A DNA stretch of 64,000 nt, taken from positions 115,677,593-115,741,592 of the forward strand of contig NC_090378.1 of assembly GCF_036365525.1 (NCBI RefSeq). The letters are read 5' to 3'. This DNA comes from Heterodontus francisci. Its lineage: Eukaryota. Positions 1-16,100 of this stretch are shown piece by piece. Position 1 is the stretch's first letter. Each line of letters opens with the position of its first letter. The translations under genes and the position numbers were made by a program. The notes beneath the pieces are model-generated. The model worked only from the letters and a program-made list of their open reading frames with translations. It was not told the DNA's origin and did no database searches.

Positions 1-88
1 CTCTCAATCTCACTGTCTCTCTCTCTCTCTCCCACTGTCTCTCTTTCTCTCTCTCTCTCCCACTGTCACTCTTTCTCTCTCTCTCTGT
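1..88. repeat. CT-rich microsatellite / low complexity
   Basis: (CT)n runs interrupted by cccactgt. Confidence 0.85.
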
Positions 89-339
89 TTGAATTCCATG
101 CTGCCGTGCTTGGGAAAGTTGGGAATTCTACTTGTCGATGATAAATCTTCCAGCTGCTCTTCCCACCACATCAGATGGAAAAGCCTGGAGCCACTCAATT
201 CCTGGAAAATGAAAATCTCCCAGCAAACCGAGCTCACCTGCCTGTGCCCTGGAAAAAAGGGGAGGGGTGTTTCTGTAAATGTGATGTCTCTGTTGCTGAC
301 TCTGCTCTTCCTCATGGACCATTTGAAAAGAGTGAGTTT

Positions 340-800
340 CAGAGTCGGTGGATCATGTCTACATGGAGTGGGAGAGGTTGTGGCCCCTGTTCCATTATTT
401 GAAGGGGCTGCTCCTCATCCTCTGGTTCCAATTCAGGCCCACGCTCCTGATCTTTGGCCACCCAGTGCAGAGGGGAGTGGGCAGGTTGGAGGCCCCTCCT
501 CGTGGGTCTGCTCCTGGGCCTGGCCAAGGTGTCCATCCACAGGCCTGAGTTGGATGGGACCCGTGGGGGTGGTGGCACTGGCTGCCAGTCTCTCTAACAC
601 AGCTTTGTCCCCACTCAGGAGGCCCTGGAGAAGGAGCAGGGGGTGTCTGCTGGGTCACTTGAGGCCTTCAGGCTGCGGTGGGCACCACAGGGACAGGAGT
701 GTGCAGTGGATCGTGAAAATAACATCAGGCTTTAATTTGTTCAGTTTGCTTTCTATTTATGATTTCAATTTTATTCATTTTGACACTTTTCTAAATTGGA
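340..800 (+). mobile_element. Old, degenerate 3' fragment of a Tx1-clade LINE (ORF2 C-terminus)
   Basis: Translates ESVDHVYMEWERLWPLFHYLKGLLLILWFQFRPTLLIFGHPVQRG, matching ESVFHIYTECARLQPLFEYLKGLLLKFWLHFSPTLLIFGHPVRRG in the ORF2 at 57583-61320. Frameshifted downstream; T-rich 3' UTR-like end. Confidence 0.85.
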
Positions 801-1199
801 TTTTGATTGGTGGAAATTGTGTCACCCAGATTGTCCAATCAGATGAGAATAAACCTGTTTCCATAGTAACTGACCTGGGGTGTCTGACCTGGGATGGGGG
901 GTCAATAATAATGATCAATAATTAGTCTGTGCTCATGAAGCGACTCCACCAGAACCCAGAGAGAATCGAATGAAGCAAAATGTCAAATCTCCAGAGCTGT
1001 GAGATTCTCACTGATGAAGACAGCAGCTCCTCGTCCTCTCGAAACTCCTCCATCCTTTCCCAATTCCTCACACCGTTCAGGGGAATGTTTTTGTCAACAC
1101 TCTCATCGACACATGTGGCAGCAATGCACAAAACAGGAAATATTTCCCAGATAGATAAGACAGGAGATTGAAGCAACTGTTTTAATACACCGTCTGTTT

Positions 1200-4100
1200 A
1201 TTATATAATAAATATAACTGTGGGATGTGTCAGTACAGGAGGTGGGACTGTGTGTCCATTATTATATATTATATTTAACTGTGGGATGTGTCAGTACAGG
1301 AGGTGGGACTGTGTGTCCATTATTATATATTATATTTAACTGTGGGATGTGTCAGTACAGGAGGTGGGACTGTGTGTCCATTATTATATATTATATATAA
1401 CTGTGGGATGTGTCAGTACAGGAGGTGGGACTGTGTGTCCATTATTATATATTATATATAACTGTGGGATGTGTCAGTACAGGAGGTGGGACTGTGTGTC
1501 CATTATTATATATTATATATAACTGTGGGATGTGTCAGTACAGGAGGTGGGACTGTGTGTCCATTATTATATATTATATATAACTGTGGGATGTGTCAGT
1601 GCAGGAGGTGGGACCGTGTGTCCATTATTATATATTATATATAACTGTGGGATGTGTCAGTACAGGAGGTGGGACTGTGTGTCCATTATTATATATTATA
1701 TATAACTGTGGGATGTGTCAGTACAGGAAGTGGGACTGTGTGTCCATTATTATATATTATATATAACTGTGGGATGTGTCAGTACAGGAGGTGGGACTGT
1801 GTGTCCATTATTATATATTATATATAACTGTGGGATGTGTCAGTACAGGAGGTGGGACTGTGTGTCCATTATCATAAATTATATATAACTGTGGGATGTG
1901 TCAGTAAAGGAGGTGGGACTGTGTGTCCATTATCATAAATTATATATAACTGTGGGATGTGTCAGTAAAGGAGGTGGGACTGTGTGTCCATTATTATATA
2001 TTATATATAACTGTGGGATGTGTCAGTACAGGAGGTGGGACTGTGTGTCCATTATCATAAATTATATATAACTGTGGGATGTGTCAGTAAAGGAGGTGGG
2101 ACTGTGTGTCCATTATCATAAATTATATATAACTGTGGGATGTGTCAGTAAAGGAGGTGGGACTGTGTGTCCATTATTATATATTATATATAACTGTGGG
2201 ATGTGTCAGTACAGGAGGTGGGACTGTGTGTCCATTATTATATATTATATATAACTGTGGGATGTGTCAGTACAGGAGGTGGGACTGTGTGTCCATTATC
2301 ATAAATTATATATAACTGTGGGATGTGTCAGTAAAGGAGGTGGGACTGTGTGTCCATTATTATATATTATATATAACTGTGGGATGTGTCAGTGCAGGAG
2401 GTGGGACCGTGTGTCCATTATTATATATTATATATAACTGTGGGATGTGTCAGTACAGGAGGTGGGACTGTGTGTCCATTATTATATATTATATATAACT
2501 GTGGGATGTGTCAGTACAGGAGGTGGGACTGTGTGTCCATTATCATAAATTATATATAACTGTGGGATGTGTCAGTACAGGAGGTGGGACTGTGTGTCCA
2601 TTATTATATATTATATATAACTGTGGGTTGTGTCAGTGCAGGAGGTGGGACCGTGTGTCCATTATTATATATTATATATAACTGTGGGATGTGTCAGTAC
2701 AGGAGGTGGGACTGTGTGTCCATTATTATATATTATATATAACTGTGGGATGTGTCAGTACAGGAGGTGGGACTGTGTGTCCATTATCATAAATTATATA
2801 TAACTGTGGGATGTGTCAGTACAGGAGGTGGGACTGTGAGTCCATTATTATATATTATATATAACTGTGGGTTGTGTCAGTGCAGGAGGTGGGACTGTGT
2901 GTCCATTATTATATATTATATATAACTGTGGGATGTGTCAGTACAGGAGGTGGGACTGTGTGTCCATTATTATATATTATATATAACTGTGGGATGTGTC
3001 AGTACAGGAGGTGGGACTGTGTGTCCATTATTATATATTATATATAACTGTGGGATGTGTCAGTACAGGAGGTGGGACCGTGTGTCCATTATTATATATT
3101 ATATATAACTGTGGGATGTGTCAGTACAGGAGGTGGGACTGTGTGTCCATTATTATATATTATATATAACTGTGGGATGTGTCAGTACAGGAGGTGGGAC
3201 TGTGTGTCCATTATTATATATTATATGTAACTGTGGGATGTGTCAGTACAGGAGGTGGGACTGTGTGTCGATTATTACATATTAAATATAACTGTGGGAC
3301 ATGTCAGTACAGGAGGTGGGACTGTGTGTCCATTATTATATATTATATGTAACTGTGGGATGTGTCAGTACAGGAGGTGGGACTGTGTGTCCATTATTAT
3401 ATATTATATATAACTGTGGGATGTGTCAGTACAGGAGGTGGGACTGTGTGTCCATTATTATATATTATATGTAACTGTGGGATGTGTCAGTACAGGAGGT
3501 GGGACTGTGTGTCCATTATTATATATTATATGTAACTGTGGGATGTGTCAGTACAGGAGGTGGGACTGTGTGTCCATTATTATATATTATATATAACTGT
3601 GGGATGTGTCAGTACAGGAGGTGGGACTGTGTGTCCATTATTATATATTATATGTAACTGTGGGATGTGTCAGTACAGGAGGTGGGACTGTGTGTCCATT
3701 ATTATATATTATATATAACTGTGGGATGTGTCAGTACAGGAGGTGGGACTGAGTGTCCATTATTATATATTATATATAACTGTGGGATGTGTCAGTACAG
3801 GAGGTGGGACTGTGTGTCCATTATTATATATTATATATAACTGTGGGATGTGTCAGTACAGGAGGTGGGACTGTGTGTCCATTATTATATATTATATATA
3901 ACTGTGGGATGTGTCAGTACAGGAGGTGGGACTGAGTGTCCATTATTATATATTATATATAACTGTGGGAAGTGTCAGTGCAGGAGGTGGGACTGTGTGC
4001 CCATTATTATATATTATATATAACTGTGGGATGTGTCAGTACAGGAGGTGGGACTGTGTGTCCATTATTATATATTATATGTAACTGTGGGATGTGTCAG

Positions 4101-7100
4101 TACAGGAGGTGGGACTGTGTGTCCATTATTATATATTATATATAACTGTGGGATGTGTCAGTACAGGAGGTGGGACTGTGTGTCCATTATTATATATTAT
4201 ATGTAACTGTGGGATGTGTCAGTACAGGAGGTGGGACTGTGTGTCCATTATTATATATTATATATAACTGTGGGATGTGTCAGTGCAGGAGGTGGGACTG
4301 TGTGTCCATTATTATATATTATATATAACTGTGGGTTGTGTCAGTGCGGGAGGTGGGACTGTGTGTCCATTATTATATATTATATATAACTGTGGGATGT
4401 GTCAGTGCAGGAGGTGGGACTGTGTGTCCATTATTATATATTACATATAACTGTGGGATGTGTCAGTGCAGGAGGTGGGACTGTGTGTCCATTATTATAT
4501 ATTATATATAACTGTGGGTTGTGTCAGTGCAGGAGGTGGGACTGTGTGTCCATTATTATATATTATATATAACTGTGGGATGTGTCAGTGCAGGAGGTGG
4601 GACTGTGTGTCCATTATTATATATTATATATAACTGTGGGATGTGTCAGTACAGGAGGTGGGACAGTGTGTCCATTATTATATATTACATATAACTGTGG
4701 GATGTGTCAGTCGAGGAGGTGGGACTGTGTGTCCATTATTATATATTATATATAACTGTGGGATGTATATTTGCAGGAGGTGGTACTGTGTGTCCATTAT
4801 TATATATTATATATAACTGTGGGATGTATATTTGCAGGAGGTGGTACTGTGTGTCCATTATTATATATTATATATAACTGTGGGATGTATATTTGCAGGA
4901 GGTGGTACTGTGTGTCCATTATTATATATTATATATAACTGTGGGATGTATATTTGCAGGAGGTGGTACTGTGTGTCCATTATTATATATTATATATAAC
5001 TGTGGGATGTATATTTGCAGGAGGTGGTACTGTGTGTCCATTATTATATATTATATATAACTGTGGGTTGTGTCAGTACAGGAGGTGGGACTGTGTGTCC
5101 ATTATTATATATTATATATAACTGTGGGATGTATATTTGCAGGAAGTGGTACTGTGTGTCCATTATTATATATTATATATAACTGTGGGATGTGTCAGTG
5201 CAGGAGGTGGGACTGTGCGTCCATTAATTTATATTATATATAACTGTGGGATGTATATTTGAAGGAGGTGGTACTGTGTGTCCATTATTATATATTATAA
5301 ATAACTGTGGGATGTATATTTGCAGGAGGTGGGACTGTGTGTCCATTATTTTATATTATATATAACTGTGGGATGTGTCAGTGCAGGAGGTGGGACTGTG
5401 CTTCCATTATTATATATTATATATAACTGTGGGATGTGTCAGTACAGGAGTTGGGACTGTGTGTCCTTTATTATATATTATATATAACTGTGGGATGTTT
5501 CAGTAGAGGAGTTGGGACTGTGTGTCCATTATTATGTATTATATATAACTGTGGGATGTGTCAGTACAGGAGTTGGGACTGTGTGTCCTTTATCATATAT
5601 TATATATAACTGTGGGATGTGTCAGTACAGGAGGTGGGGCTGTGTGTCCATTATTATATATTATATATAACTGTGGGATGTTTCAGTAGAGGAGTTGGGA
5701 CTGCATGTCCATTATTATATATTATATATAACTGAGGGATGTGTCAGTACAGCAGGTGGGACTGTGTGTCCATTATTTTATATTATATTTAACTGTGGGA
5801 TGTGTCAGTACAGGAGTTGGGACTGCGTGTCCATTATTATATATTATATATAACCGTGGGATGTTTCAGTAGAGGAGTTGGGACTGTGTGTCCATTATTA
5901 TATATTATATATAACTGTGGGATGTGTCAGTACAGCAGGTGGGACTGTGTGTCCATTATTTTATATTATATTTAACTGTGGGATGTGTCAGTACAGGAGT
6001 TGGGACTGCGTGTCCATTATTATATATTATATATAACTGTGGGATGTGTCAGTACAGCAGGTGGGACTGTGTGTCCATTATTATATATTATATATAACTG
6101 TGGGATGTTTCAGTAGAGGAGTTGGGACTGTGTGTCCATTATTATATATTATATATAACTGTGGGATGTTTCAGTAGAGGAGTTGGGACTGTGTGTCCAT
6201 TATTATATATTGTATATAACTGTGGGATATGTCAGTACAGGAGTTGGGACTGCATGTCCATTATTATATATTATATATAACTGTGGGATGTGTCAGTACA
6301 GGTGTTGGGACTGCGTGCCCATTATTATATATTATATATAACTGTGGGATATGTCAGTACAGGAGTTGGGACTGCATGTCCATTATTATATATTATATAT
6401 AACTGTGGGATGTTTTAGTAGAGGAGTTGGGACTGCGTGTCCATTATTATATATTATATATAACTGTGGGATGTTTCAGTAGAGGAGTTGGGACTGTGTG
6501 TCCATTATTATATATTATATATAACTGTGGGATGTTTCAGTAGAGGAGTTGGGACTGTGTGTCCTTTATTATGTATTATATATAACTGTGGGATGTTTCA
6601 GTAGAGGAGTTGGGACTGTGTGTCCATTATTATATATTATATATAACTGTGGGATGTTTCAGTAGAGGAGTTGGGACTGCGTGTCCATTATTATATATTA
6701 TATATAACTGTGGGATGTGTCAGTAAAGCAGGTGGGACTGTGTGTCCATTATTTTATATTATATATAACTGTGTGATGTGTCAGTACAGGAGTTGGGACT
6801 GCGTGTCCATTATTATATATTATATATAACTGTGGAATGTTTCAGTAGAGGAGTTGGGACTGCGTGTCCATTATTATATATTATATATAACTGTGGGATG
6901 TTTCAGTAGAGGAGTTGGGACTGTGTGTCCATTATTATATATTATATATAACTGTGGGATGTTTCAGTAGAGGAGTTGGGACTGTGTGTCCATTATTATA
7001 TATTATATATAACTGTGGGATGTGTCAGTACAGCAGGTGGGACTGTGTGTCCATTATTATATATCATATATAACTGTGTGATGTGTCAGTACAGGAGGTG

Positions 7101-10100
7101 GGACTGTGCTTCCATTATTATATATTATATATAACTGTGGGATGTGTCAGTACAGGAGTTGGGACTGTGTGTCCTTTATTATATATTATATATAACTGTG
7201 GGATGTTTCAGTAGAGGAGTTGGGACTGTGTGTCCATTATTATATGTAACTGTGGGATGTTTCACTAGAGGAGTTGGGACTGCGTGTCCATTATTATATA
7301 TTATATATAACTGTGGGATGTGTCAGGACAGCAGGTGGGACTGTGTGTCCATTATTTTATATTATATATAACTGTGTGGTCAGTACAGTAGTTGGGACTG
7401 CGTGTCCATTATTATATATTATATATAACTGTGGGATGTTTCAGTAGAGGAGTTGGGACTGCGTGTCCATTATTATATATTATATATAACTGTGGGATGT
7501 TTCAGGAGAGGAGTTGGGACTGTGTGTCCATTATTATATATTATATATAACTGTGGGATGTTTCAGTAGAGGAGTTGGGACTGTGTGTCCATTATTATAT
7601 ATTATATATAACTGTGGGATGTTTCAGTAGAGGAGTTGGGACTGTGTGTCCATTATTATATATTATATATAACTGTGGGATGTTTCAGTAGAGGAGTTGG
7701 GACTGTGTGTCCATTATTATATATTATATATAACTGTGGGATGTTTCAGTAGAGGAGTTGGGACTGCGTGTCCATTATTATATATTATATATAACTGTGG
7801 GATGTGTCAGTGCAGGAGTTGGGACTGCGTGTCCATTATTATATATTATATATAACTGTGGGATGTTTCAGTAGAGGAGTTGGGACTGTGTTTCCATTAT
7901 TATATATTATATATAACTGTGGGATGTGTCAGTACAGGAGGTGGGACTGTGTGTCCATTAATATATATTATACTTAACTGTGGGATGTGTCAGTACAGGA
8001 GTTCGGACTGTGTGTCCATTATTATATATTATATATAACTGTGAGATGTCAGTAAAAGAGGTGGGACTATTTGTCCATTATTATATATTATATATAACTG
8101 TGGGATGTGTCAGTCCAGGAGTTGGGACTGTGTGTCCATTATTATATATTTTATATAACTGTGAGATGTCAGTACAAGAGGTGGGACTGTGTGTCCATTA
8201 TTATATATTATATATAACTGTGAGATGTCAGTACAAGAGGTGGGACTGTTTGTCCATTATTATATATTATATATAACTGTGGGATGTGTCAGTACAGGAG
8301 TTGGGACTGTGTGTCCATTATTATATATTATATATAACTGTGAGATGTCAGTACAAGAGGTGGGACTGTTTGTCCATTATTATATATTATATATAACTGT
8401 GGGATGTGTCAGTAGAGGAGTTGGGACTGTGTGTCCATTATTATATATTATATATAACTGTGAGATGTCAGTACAAGAGGTGGGACTGTCAGTGCATTGT
8501 TATATATTATATATAACTGTGGGATGTGTCAGTGCCGCAGGTGGGACAGTGTGTCCATTACTATATATTATATTTAACTGTGGGATGTGTCAGTGCAGGA
8601 GGTGGGACTGTGCGTCCATTATTATATATTGTATATAACTGTGTGATGTGTCAGTACAGGAGGTGGGACTGTGTGTCCATTATTATATTTAATATGTAAC
8701 TGTGGGATATGTCAGTACAGGAGGTGGGACTGTGTGTCCATTATTATATATTGTATATAACTGTGTGATGTGTCAGTACAGGAGGTGGGACTATGTGGCC
8801 ATTATTATATTTAATATGTAACTGTGGGTTGTGACAGTACAGGAGGTGGGACTGTGTTTCCATTATTATATATTATATATAACTGTGCAATGTGTCAGTA
8901 CAGGAGGTGGGACTGTGTGTCCATTATTATATATTATATATAACTGTGCGATGTGTCAGTACAGGAGGTGGGACTGTGTGTCCATTATTATATATTATAT
9001 ATAACTGTGCGATGTGTCAGTACAGGAGGTGGGACTGTGTTTCCATTGTTATATATTATATATAAAAGTGCGATGTGTCAGTACAGGAGGTGGGACTGTG
9101 TTTCCGTTGTTATATATTATATATTACTGTGGGATGTGTCAGTCGAGGAGGTGGGACTGTGTGTCCATTATTATATATTATATATATCTGTGGGATGTGT
9201 CAGTACAGGAGGTGGGACTGTGTGTCCATTATAATGTATTATATATAACTGTGGGATGTGTCAGTACAGCAGGTGGGACCATGTGCCCATTATTATTTAT
9301 TATATATAACTGTGGGATGTGTCAGTACCTGAGGTGGGACTGTGTGTCCATTATTATATATTATATATAACTGTGGGACGTGTCAGTACAGGAGGTGGGA
9401 CTGTGTTTCCATTATTATTTATTATATATAACTGTGGGATGTGTCAGTACAGGAGGTGGGACTGTGTGTCCATTATTATTTATTATATATAACTGTGGGA
9501 TGTGTCAGTACCTGAGGTGGGACTGTGTGTCCATTATTATATATTATATATAACTGTGGGATGTGTCAGTACAGGAGGTGGGACTGTGTGTCCATTATTA
9601 TATATTATATATAACTGTGGGATGTGTCAGTACAGGAGGTGGGACTGTGTGTCCATTATTATATATTATATATAACTGTGGGATGTGTCAGTACATGAGG
9701 TGGGACTGTGTGTCCATTATTATATATTATATATAACTGTGGGATGTGTCAGTACAGGAGGTGGGACTGTGTGTCCATTATTATATATTATATATAACTG
9801 TGGGATGTGTCAGTACATGAGGTGGGACTGTGTGTCCATTATTATATATTATATATAACTGTGGGATGTGTCAGTACAGGAGGTGGGACTGTGTGTCCAT
9901 TATTATATATTATATATAACTGTGGGATGTGTCAGTACATGAGGTGGGACTGTGTGTCCATTATTATATATTATATATAACTGTGGGATGTGTCAGTACA
10001 GGAGGTGGGACAGTGTGTCCATTATTATTTATTATATATAACTGTGGGATGTGTCAGTACAGGAGTTGGGACTGCGTGTCCATTATTATATATCATATAT

Positions 10101-13100
10101 AACTGTGGGATGTTTCAGTCGAGGAGTTGGGACTGCGTGTCCATTATTATATATTATATATAACTGTGGGATGTTTCAGTAGAGGAGTTGGGACTGTGTG
10201 TCCATTATTATATATTGTATATAACTGTGGGCTGTGTCAGTCGAGGAGTTGGGACTGCGTGTCCATTATTATATATTATATATAACTGTGGGATGTTTCA
10301 GTAGAGGAGTTGGGACTGTGTGTCCATTATTATATATTGTATATAACTGTGGGATGTGTCAGTACAGGTGTTGGGACTGCATGTCCATTATTATATATTA
10401 TATGTAACTGTGGGATGTTTCAGTAGAGGAGTTGGGACTGTGTGTCCATTATTATATATTGTATATAACTGTGGGCTGTGTCAGTACAGGAGTTGGGACT
10501 GCGTGTCCATTATTATATATTATATATAACTGTGGGATGTGTCAGTGCAGGAGGTGGGACTGTGTGTCCATTATTATATATTATATATAACTGTGGGATG
10601 TTTCAGTACAGGAGGTGGGACTGCGTGTCCATTATTATATATTATATATAACTGTGGGATGTGTCAGTGCAGGAGGTGGGACTGTGCGTCCATTAATTTA
10701 TATTATATATAACTGTGGGATGTATATTTGAAGGAGGTGGTACTGTGTGTCCATTATTATATATTATAAATAACTGTGGGATGTATATTTGCAGGAGGTG
10801 GGACTGTGTGTCCATTATTTTATATTATATATAACTGTGGGATGTGTCAGTGCAGGAGTTGGGACTGTGTGTCCTTTATTATATATTATATATAACTGTG
10901 GGATGTTTCAGTAGAGGAGTTGGGACTGTGTGTCCATTATTATGTATTATATATAACTGTGGGATGTGTCAGTACAGGAGTTGGGACTATGTGTCCTTTA
11001 TCATATATTATATATAACTGTGGGATGTTTCAGTAGAGGAGTTGGGACTGCGTGTCCATTATTATATATTATATATAACTGTGGGATGTGTCAGTACAGG
11101 AGGTGGGGCTGTGTGTCCATTATTATATATTATATATAACTGTGGGATGTTTCAGTAGAGGAGTTGGGACTGCGTGTCCATTATTATATATTATATATAA
11201 CTGTGGGATGTGTCAGTACAGCAGGTGGGACTGTGTGTCCATTATTTTATATTATATTTAACTGTGGGATGTGTCAGTACAGGAGTTGGGACTGCGTGTC
11301 CATTATTATATATTATATATAACTGTGGGATGTTTCAGTAGAGGAGTTGGGACTGCGTGTCCATTATTATATATTATATATAACTGTGGGATGTTTCAGT
11401 AGAGGAGTTGGGACTGTGTGTCCATTATTATATATTGTATATAACTGTGGGATATGTCAGTACAGGAGTTGGGACTGCATGTCCATTATTATATATTATA
11501 TATAACTGTGGGATATGTCAGTACAGGAGTTGGGACTGCATGTCCATTATTATATATTATATATAACTGTGGGATGTGTCAGGACAGGTGTTGGGACTGC
11601 GTGCCCATTATTATATATTATATATAACTGTGGGATATGTCAGTCCAGGAGTTGGGACTGTGTGTCCATTATTATATATTATATATAACTGTGGGATGTT
11701 TCAGTAGAGGAGTTGGGACTGCGTGTCCATTATTATATATTATATATAACTGTGGGATGTTTCAGTAGAGGAGTTGGGACTGTGTCCATTATTATATATT
11801 ATATATAACTGTGGGATGTTTCAGTAGAGGAGTTGGGACTGTGTGTCCTTTATTATGTATTATATATAACTGTGGGATGTTTCAGTAGAGGAGTTGGGAC
11901 TGTGTGTCCATTATTATATATTATATATAACTGTGGGATGTGTCAGTACAGGAGGTGGGACTGTGCTTCCATTATTATATATTATATATAACTGTGGGAT
12001 GTTTCAGTAGAGGAGTTGGGACTGTGTGTCCATTATTATATATTATATATAACTGTGGGATGTTTCAGTAGAGGAGTTGGGACTGCGTGTCCATTATTAT
12101 ATATTATATATAACTGTGGGATGTGTCAGTAAAGCAGGTGGGACTGTGTGTCCATTATTTTATATTATATATAACTGTGTGATGTGTCAGTACAGGAGTT
12201 GGGACTGCGTGTCCATTATTATATATTATATATAACTGTGGAATGTTTCAGTAGAGGAGTTGGGACTGCGTGTCCATTATTATATATTATATATAACTGT
12301 GGGATGTTTCAGTAGAGGAGTTGGGACTGTGTGTCCATTATTATATATTATATATAACTGTGGGATGTTTCAGTAGAGGAGTTGGGACTGTGTGTCCATT
12401 ATTATATATTATATATAACTGTGTGATGTGTCAGTACAGGAGGTGGGACTGTGCTTCCATTATTATATATTATATATAACTGTGGGATGTGTCAGTACAG
12501 GAGTTGGGACTGTGTGTCCTTTATTATATATTATATATAACTGTGGAATGTTTCAGTAGAGGAGTTGGGACTGAGTTGGGACAGAGGCGCAAGGGGAGAG
12601 CCAACTGTGCAACAGCCCCAACAAACAAATTTCTCTGCAGCACCTGTGGAAGAGCCTGTCACTCCAGAATTGGCCTTTATAGCCACTCCAGGCGCTGCTT
12701 CACAAACCACTGACCACCTCCAGGCGCGTATCCATTGTCTCTCGAGATAAGGAGGCCCAAAAGAAAGAAAGAAAAAAGAATATATAACTGTGGGATGTTT
12801 CAGTAGAGGAGTTGGGACTGTGTGTCCATTATTATATATAACTGTGGGATGTTTCAGTAGAGGAGTTGGGACTGCGTGTCCATTATTATATATTATATAT
12901 AACTGTGGGATGTGTCAGGACAGCAGGTGGGACTGTGTGTCCATTATTTTATATTATATATAACTGTGTGGTCAGTACAGGAGTTGGGACTGCGTGTCCA
13001 TTATTATATATTATATATAACTGTGGGATGTTTCAGTAGAGGAGTTGGGACTGCGTGTCCATTATTATATATTATATATAACTGTGGGATGTTTCAGGAG

Positions 13101-16100
13101 AGGAGTTGGGACTGTGTGTCCATTATTATATATTATATATAACTGTGGGATGTTTCAGTAGAGGAGTTGGGACTGTGTGTCCATTATTATATATTATATA
13201 TAACTGTGGGATGTTTCAGTAGAGGAGTTGGGACTGTGTGTCCGTTATTATATATTATATATAACTGTGGGATGTTTCAGTAGAGGAGTTGGGACTGTGT
13301 GTCCATTATTATATATTATATATAACTGTGGGATGTTTCAGTAGAGGAGTTGGGACTGCGTGTCCATTATTATATATTATATATAACTGTGGGATGTGTC
13401 AGTGCAGGAGTTGGGACTGTGTGTCCATTATTATATATTATATATAACTGTGGGATGTGTCAGTACAGGAGGTGGGACTGTGTGTCCATTATTATATATT
13501 ATACTTAACTGTGGGATGTGTCAGTACAGGAGTTGGGACTGTGTGTCCATTATTATATATTATATATAACTGTGAGATGTCAGTAAAAGAGGTGGGACTA
13601 TTTGTCCATTATTATATATTATATATAACTGTGGGATGTGTCAGTCCAGGAGTTGGGACTGTGTGTCCATTATTATATATTTTATATAACTGTGAGATGT
13701 CAGTACAAGAGGTGGGACTGTGTGTCCATTATTATATATTATATATAACTGTGAGATGTCAGTACAAGAGGTGGGACTGTTTGTCCATTATTATATATTA
13801 TATATAACTGTGGGATGTGTCAGTACAGGAGTTGGGACTGTGTGTCCATTATGATATATTATATATAACTGTGAGATGTCAGTACAAGAGGTGGGACTGT
13901 TTGTCCATTATTATATATTATATATAACTGTGGGATGTGTCAGTACAGGAGTTGGGACTGTGTGTCCATGAATATATATTGTATATAACTGTGGGATGTG
14001 TCAGTACATGAGGTGGGACTGTCTGTGCATTGTTATATATTATATATAACTGTGGGATGTGTCAGTGCCGGAGGTGGGACTGTGTGTCCATTACTATATA
14101 TTATATTTAACTGTGGGATGTGTCAGTGCAGGAGGTGGGACTGTGCGTCCATTATTAAATATTATATATAACCGTGGGATATGTCAGTACAGGAGGTGGG
14201 ACTGTGTGTCCATTATTATATATTGTATATAACTGTGTGATGTGTCAGTACAGGAGGTGGGACTGTGTGTCCATTATTATATTTAATATGTAACTGTGGG
14301 ATATGTCAGTACAGGAGGTGGGACTGTGTGTCCATTATTATATATTGTATATAACTGTGTGATGTGTCAGTACAGGAGGTGGGACTATGTGTCCATTATT
14401 ATATTTAATATGTAACTGTGGGTTGTGACAGTACAGGAGGTGGGACTGTGTTTCCATTATTATATATTATATATAACTGTGCGATGTGTCAGTACAGGAG
14501 GTGGGACTGTGTGTCCATTATTATATATTATATATAACTGTGCGATGTGTCAGTACAGGAGGTGGGACTGTGTTTCCATTGTTATATATTATATATAAAA
14601 GTGCGATGTGTCAGTACAGGAGGTGGGACTGTGTTTCCATTGTTATATATTATATATAACTGTGGGATGTGTCAGTCGAGGAGGTGGGACTGTGTGTCCA
14701 TTATTATATATTATATATAACTGTGGGATGTGTCAGTACAGGAGGTGGGACTGTGTGTCCATTATTATGTATTATATATAACTGTGGGATGTGTCAGTAC
14801 AGCAGGTGGGACCATGTGCCCATTATTATTTATTATATATAACTGTGGGATGTGTCAGTACCTGAGGTGGGACTGTGTGTCCATTATTATATATTATATA
14901 TAACTGTGGGACGTGTCAGTACAGGAGGTGGGACTGTGTTTCCATTATTATTTATTATATATAACTGTGGGATGTGTCAGTACAGGAGGTGGGACTGTGT
15001 GTCCATTATTATTTATTATATATAACTGTGGGATGTGTCAGTACCTGAGGTGGGACTGTGTGTCCATTATTATATATTATATATAACTGTGGGATGTGTC
15101 AGTACAGGAGGTGGGACTGTGTGTCCATTATTATATATTATATATAACTGTGGGATGTGTCAGTACATGAGGTGGGACTGTGTGTCCATTATTATATATT
15201 ATATATAACTGTGGGATGTGTCAGTACAGGAGGTGGGACTGTGTGTCCATTATTATATATTATATATAACTGTGGGATGTGTCAGTACATGAGGTGGGAC
15301 TGTGTGTCCATTATTATATATTATATATAACTGTGGGATGTGTCAGTACAGGAGGTGGGACTGTGTGTCCATTATTATATATTATATATAACTGTGGGAT
15401 GTGTCAGTACATGAGGTGGGACTGTGTGTCCATTATTATATATTATATATAACTGTGGGATGTGTCAGTACATGAGGTGGGACTGTGTGTCCATTATTAT
15501 ATATTATATATAACTGTGGGATGTGTCAGTACAGGAGGTGGGACTGTGTGTCCATTATTATATATTATATATAACTGTGGGATGTGTCAGTACATGAGGT
15601 GGGACTGTGTGTCCATTATTATATATTATATATAACTGTGGGATGTGTCAGTACAGGAGGTGGGACTGTGTGTCCATTATTATATATTGTATATAACTGT
15701 GGGCTGTGTCAGTCGAGGAGTTGGGACTGCGTGTCCATTATTATATATTATATATAACTGTGGGATGTTTCAGTAGAGGAGTAGGGACTGTGTGTCCATT
15801 ATTATATATTGTATATAACTGTGGGATGTGTCAGTACAGGAGTTGGGACTGCATGTCCATTATTATATATTATATGTAACTGTGGGATGTTTCAGTAGAG
15901 GAGTTGGGACTGTGTGTCCATTATTATATATTGTATATAACTGTGGGCTGTGTCAGTACAGGAGTTGGGACTGCGTGTCCATTATTATATATTATATATA
16001 ACTGTGGGATGTGTCAGTGCAGGAGGTGGGACTGCGTGTCCATTATTATATATTATATATAACTGTGGGATGTTTCAGTCGAGGAGTTGGGACTGTCTGT

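Noticed and set aside
89-925. 278-aa plus-strand ORF
   Set aside because: Off-frame read-through of a decayed Tx1 fragment and flanks, with a non-ATG start and no recognisable domain
1-1200. J-kappa segment or 23-RSS downstream of the array
   Set aside because: No FGxG-encoding sequence or heptamer-23-nonamer found on either strand by eye
12573-12713. Host C2H2 zinc-finger gene exon
   Set aside because: A single motif followed by a short UTR, simple-repeat tail and target duplication fits a LINE 3' end better
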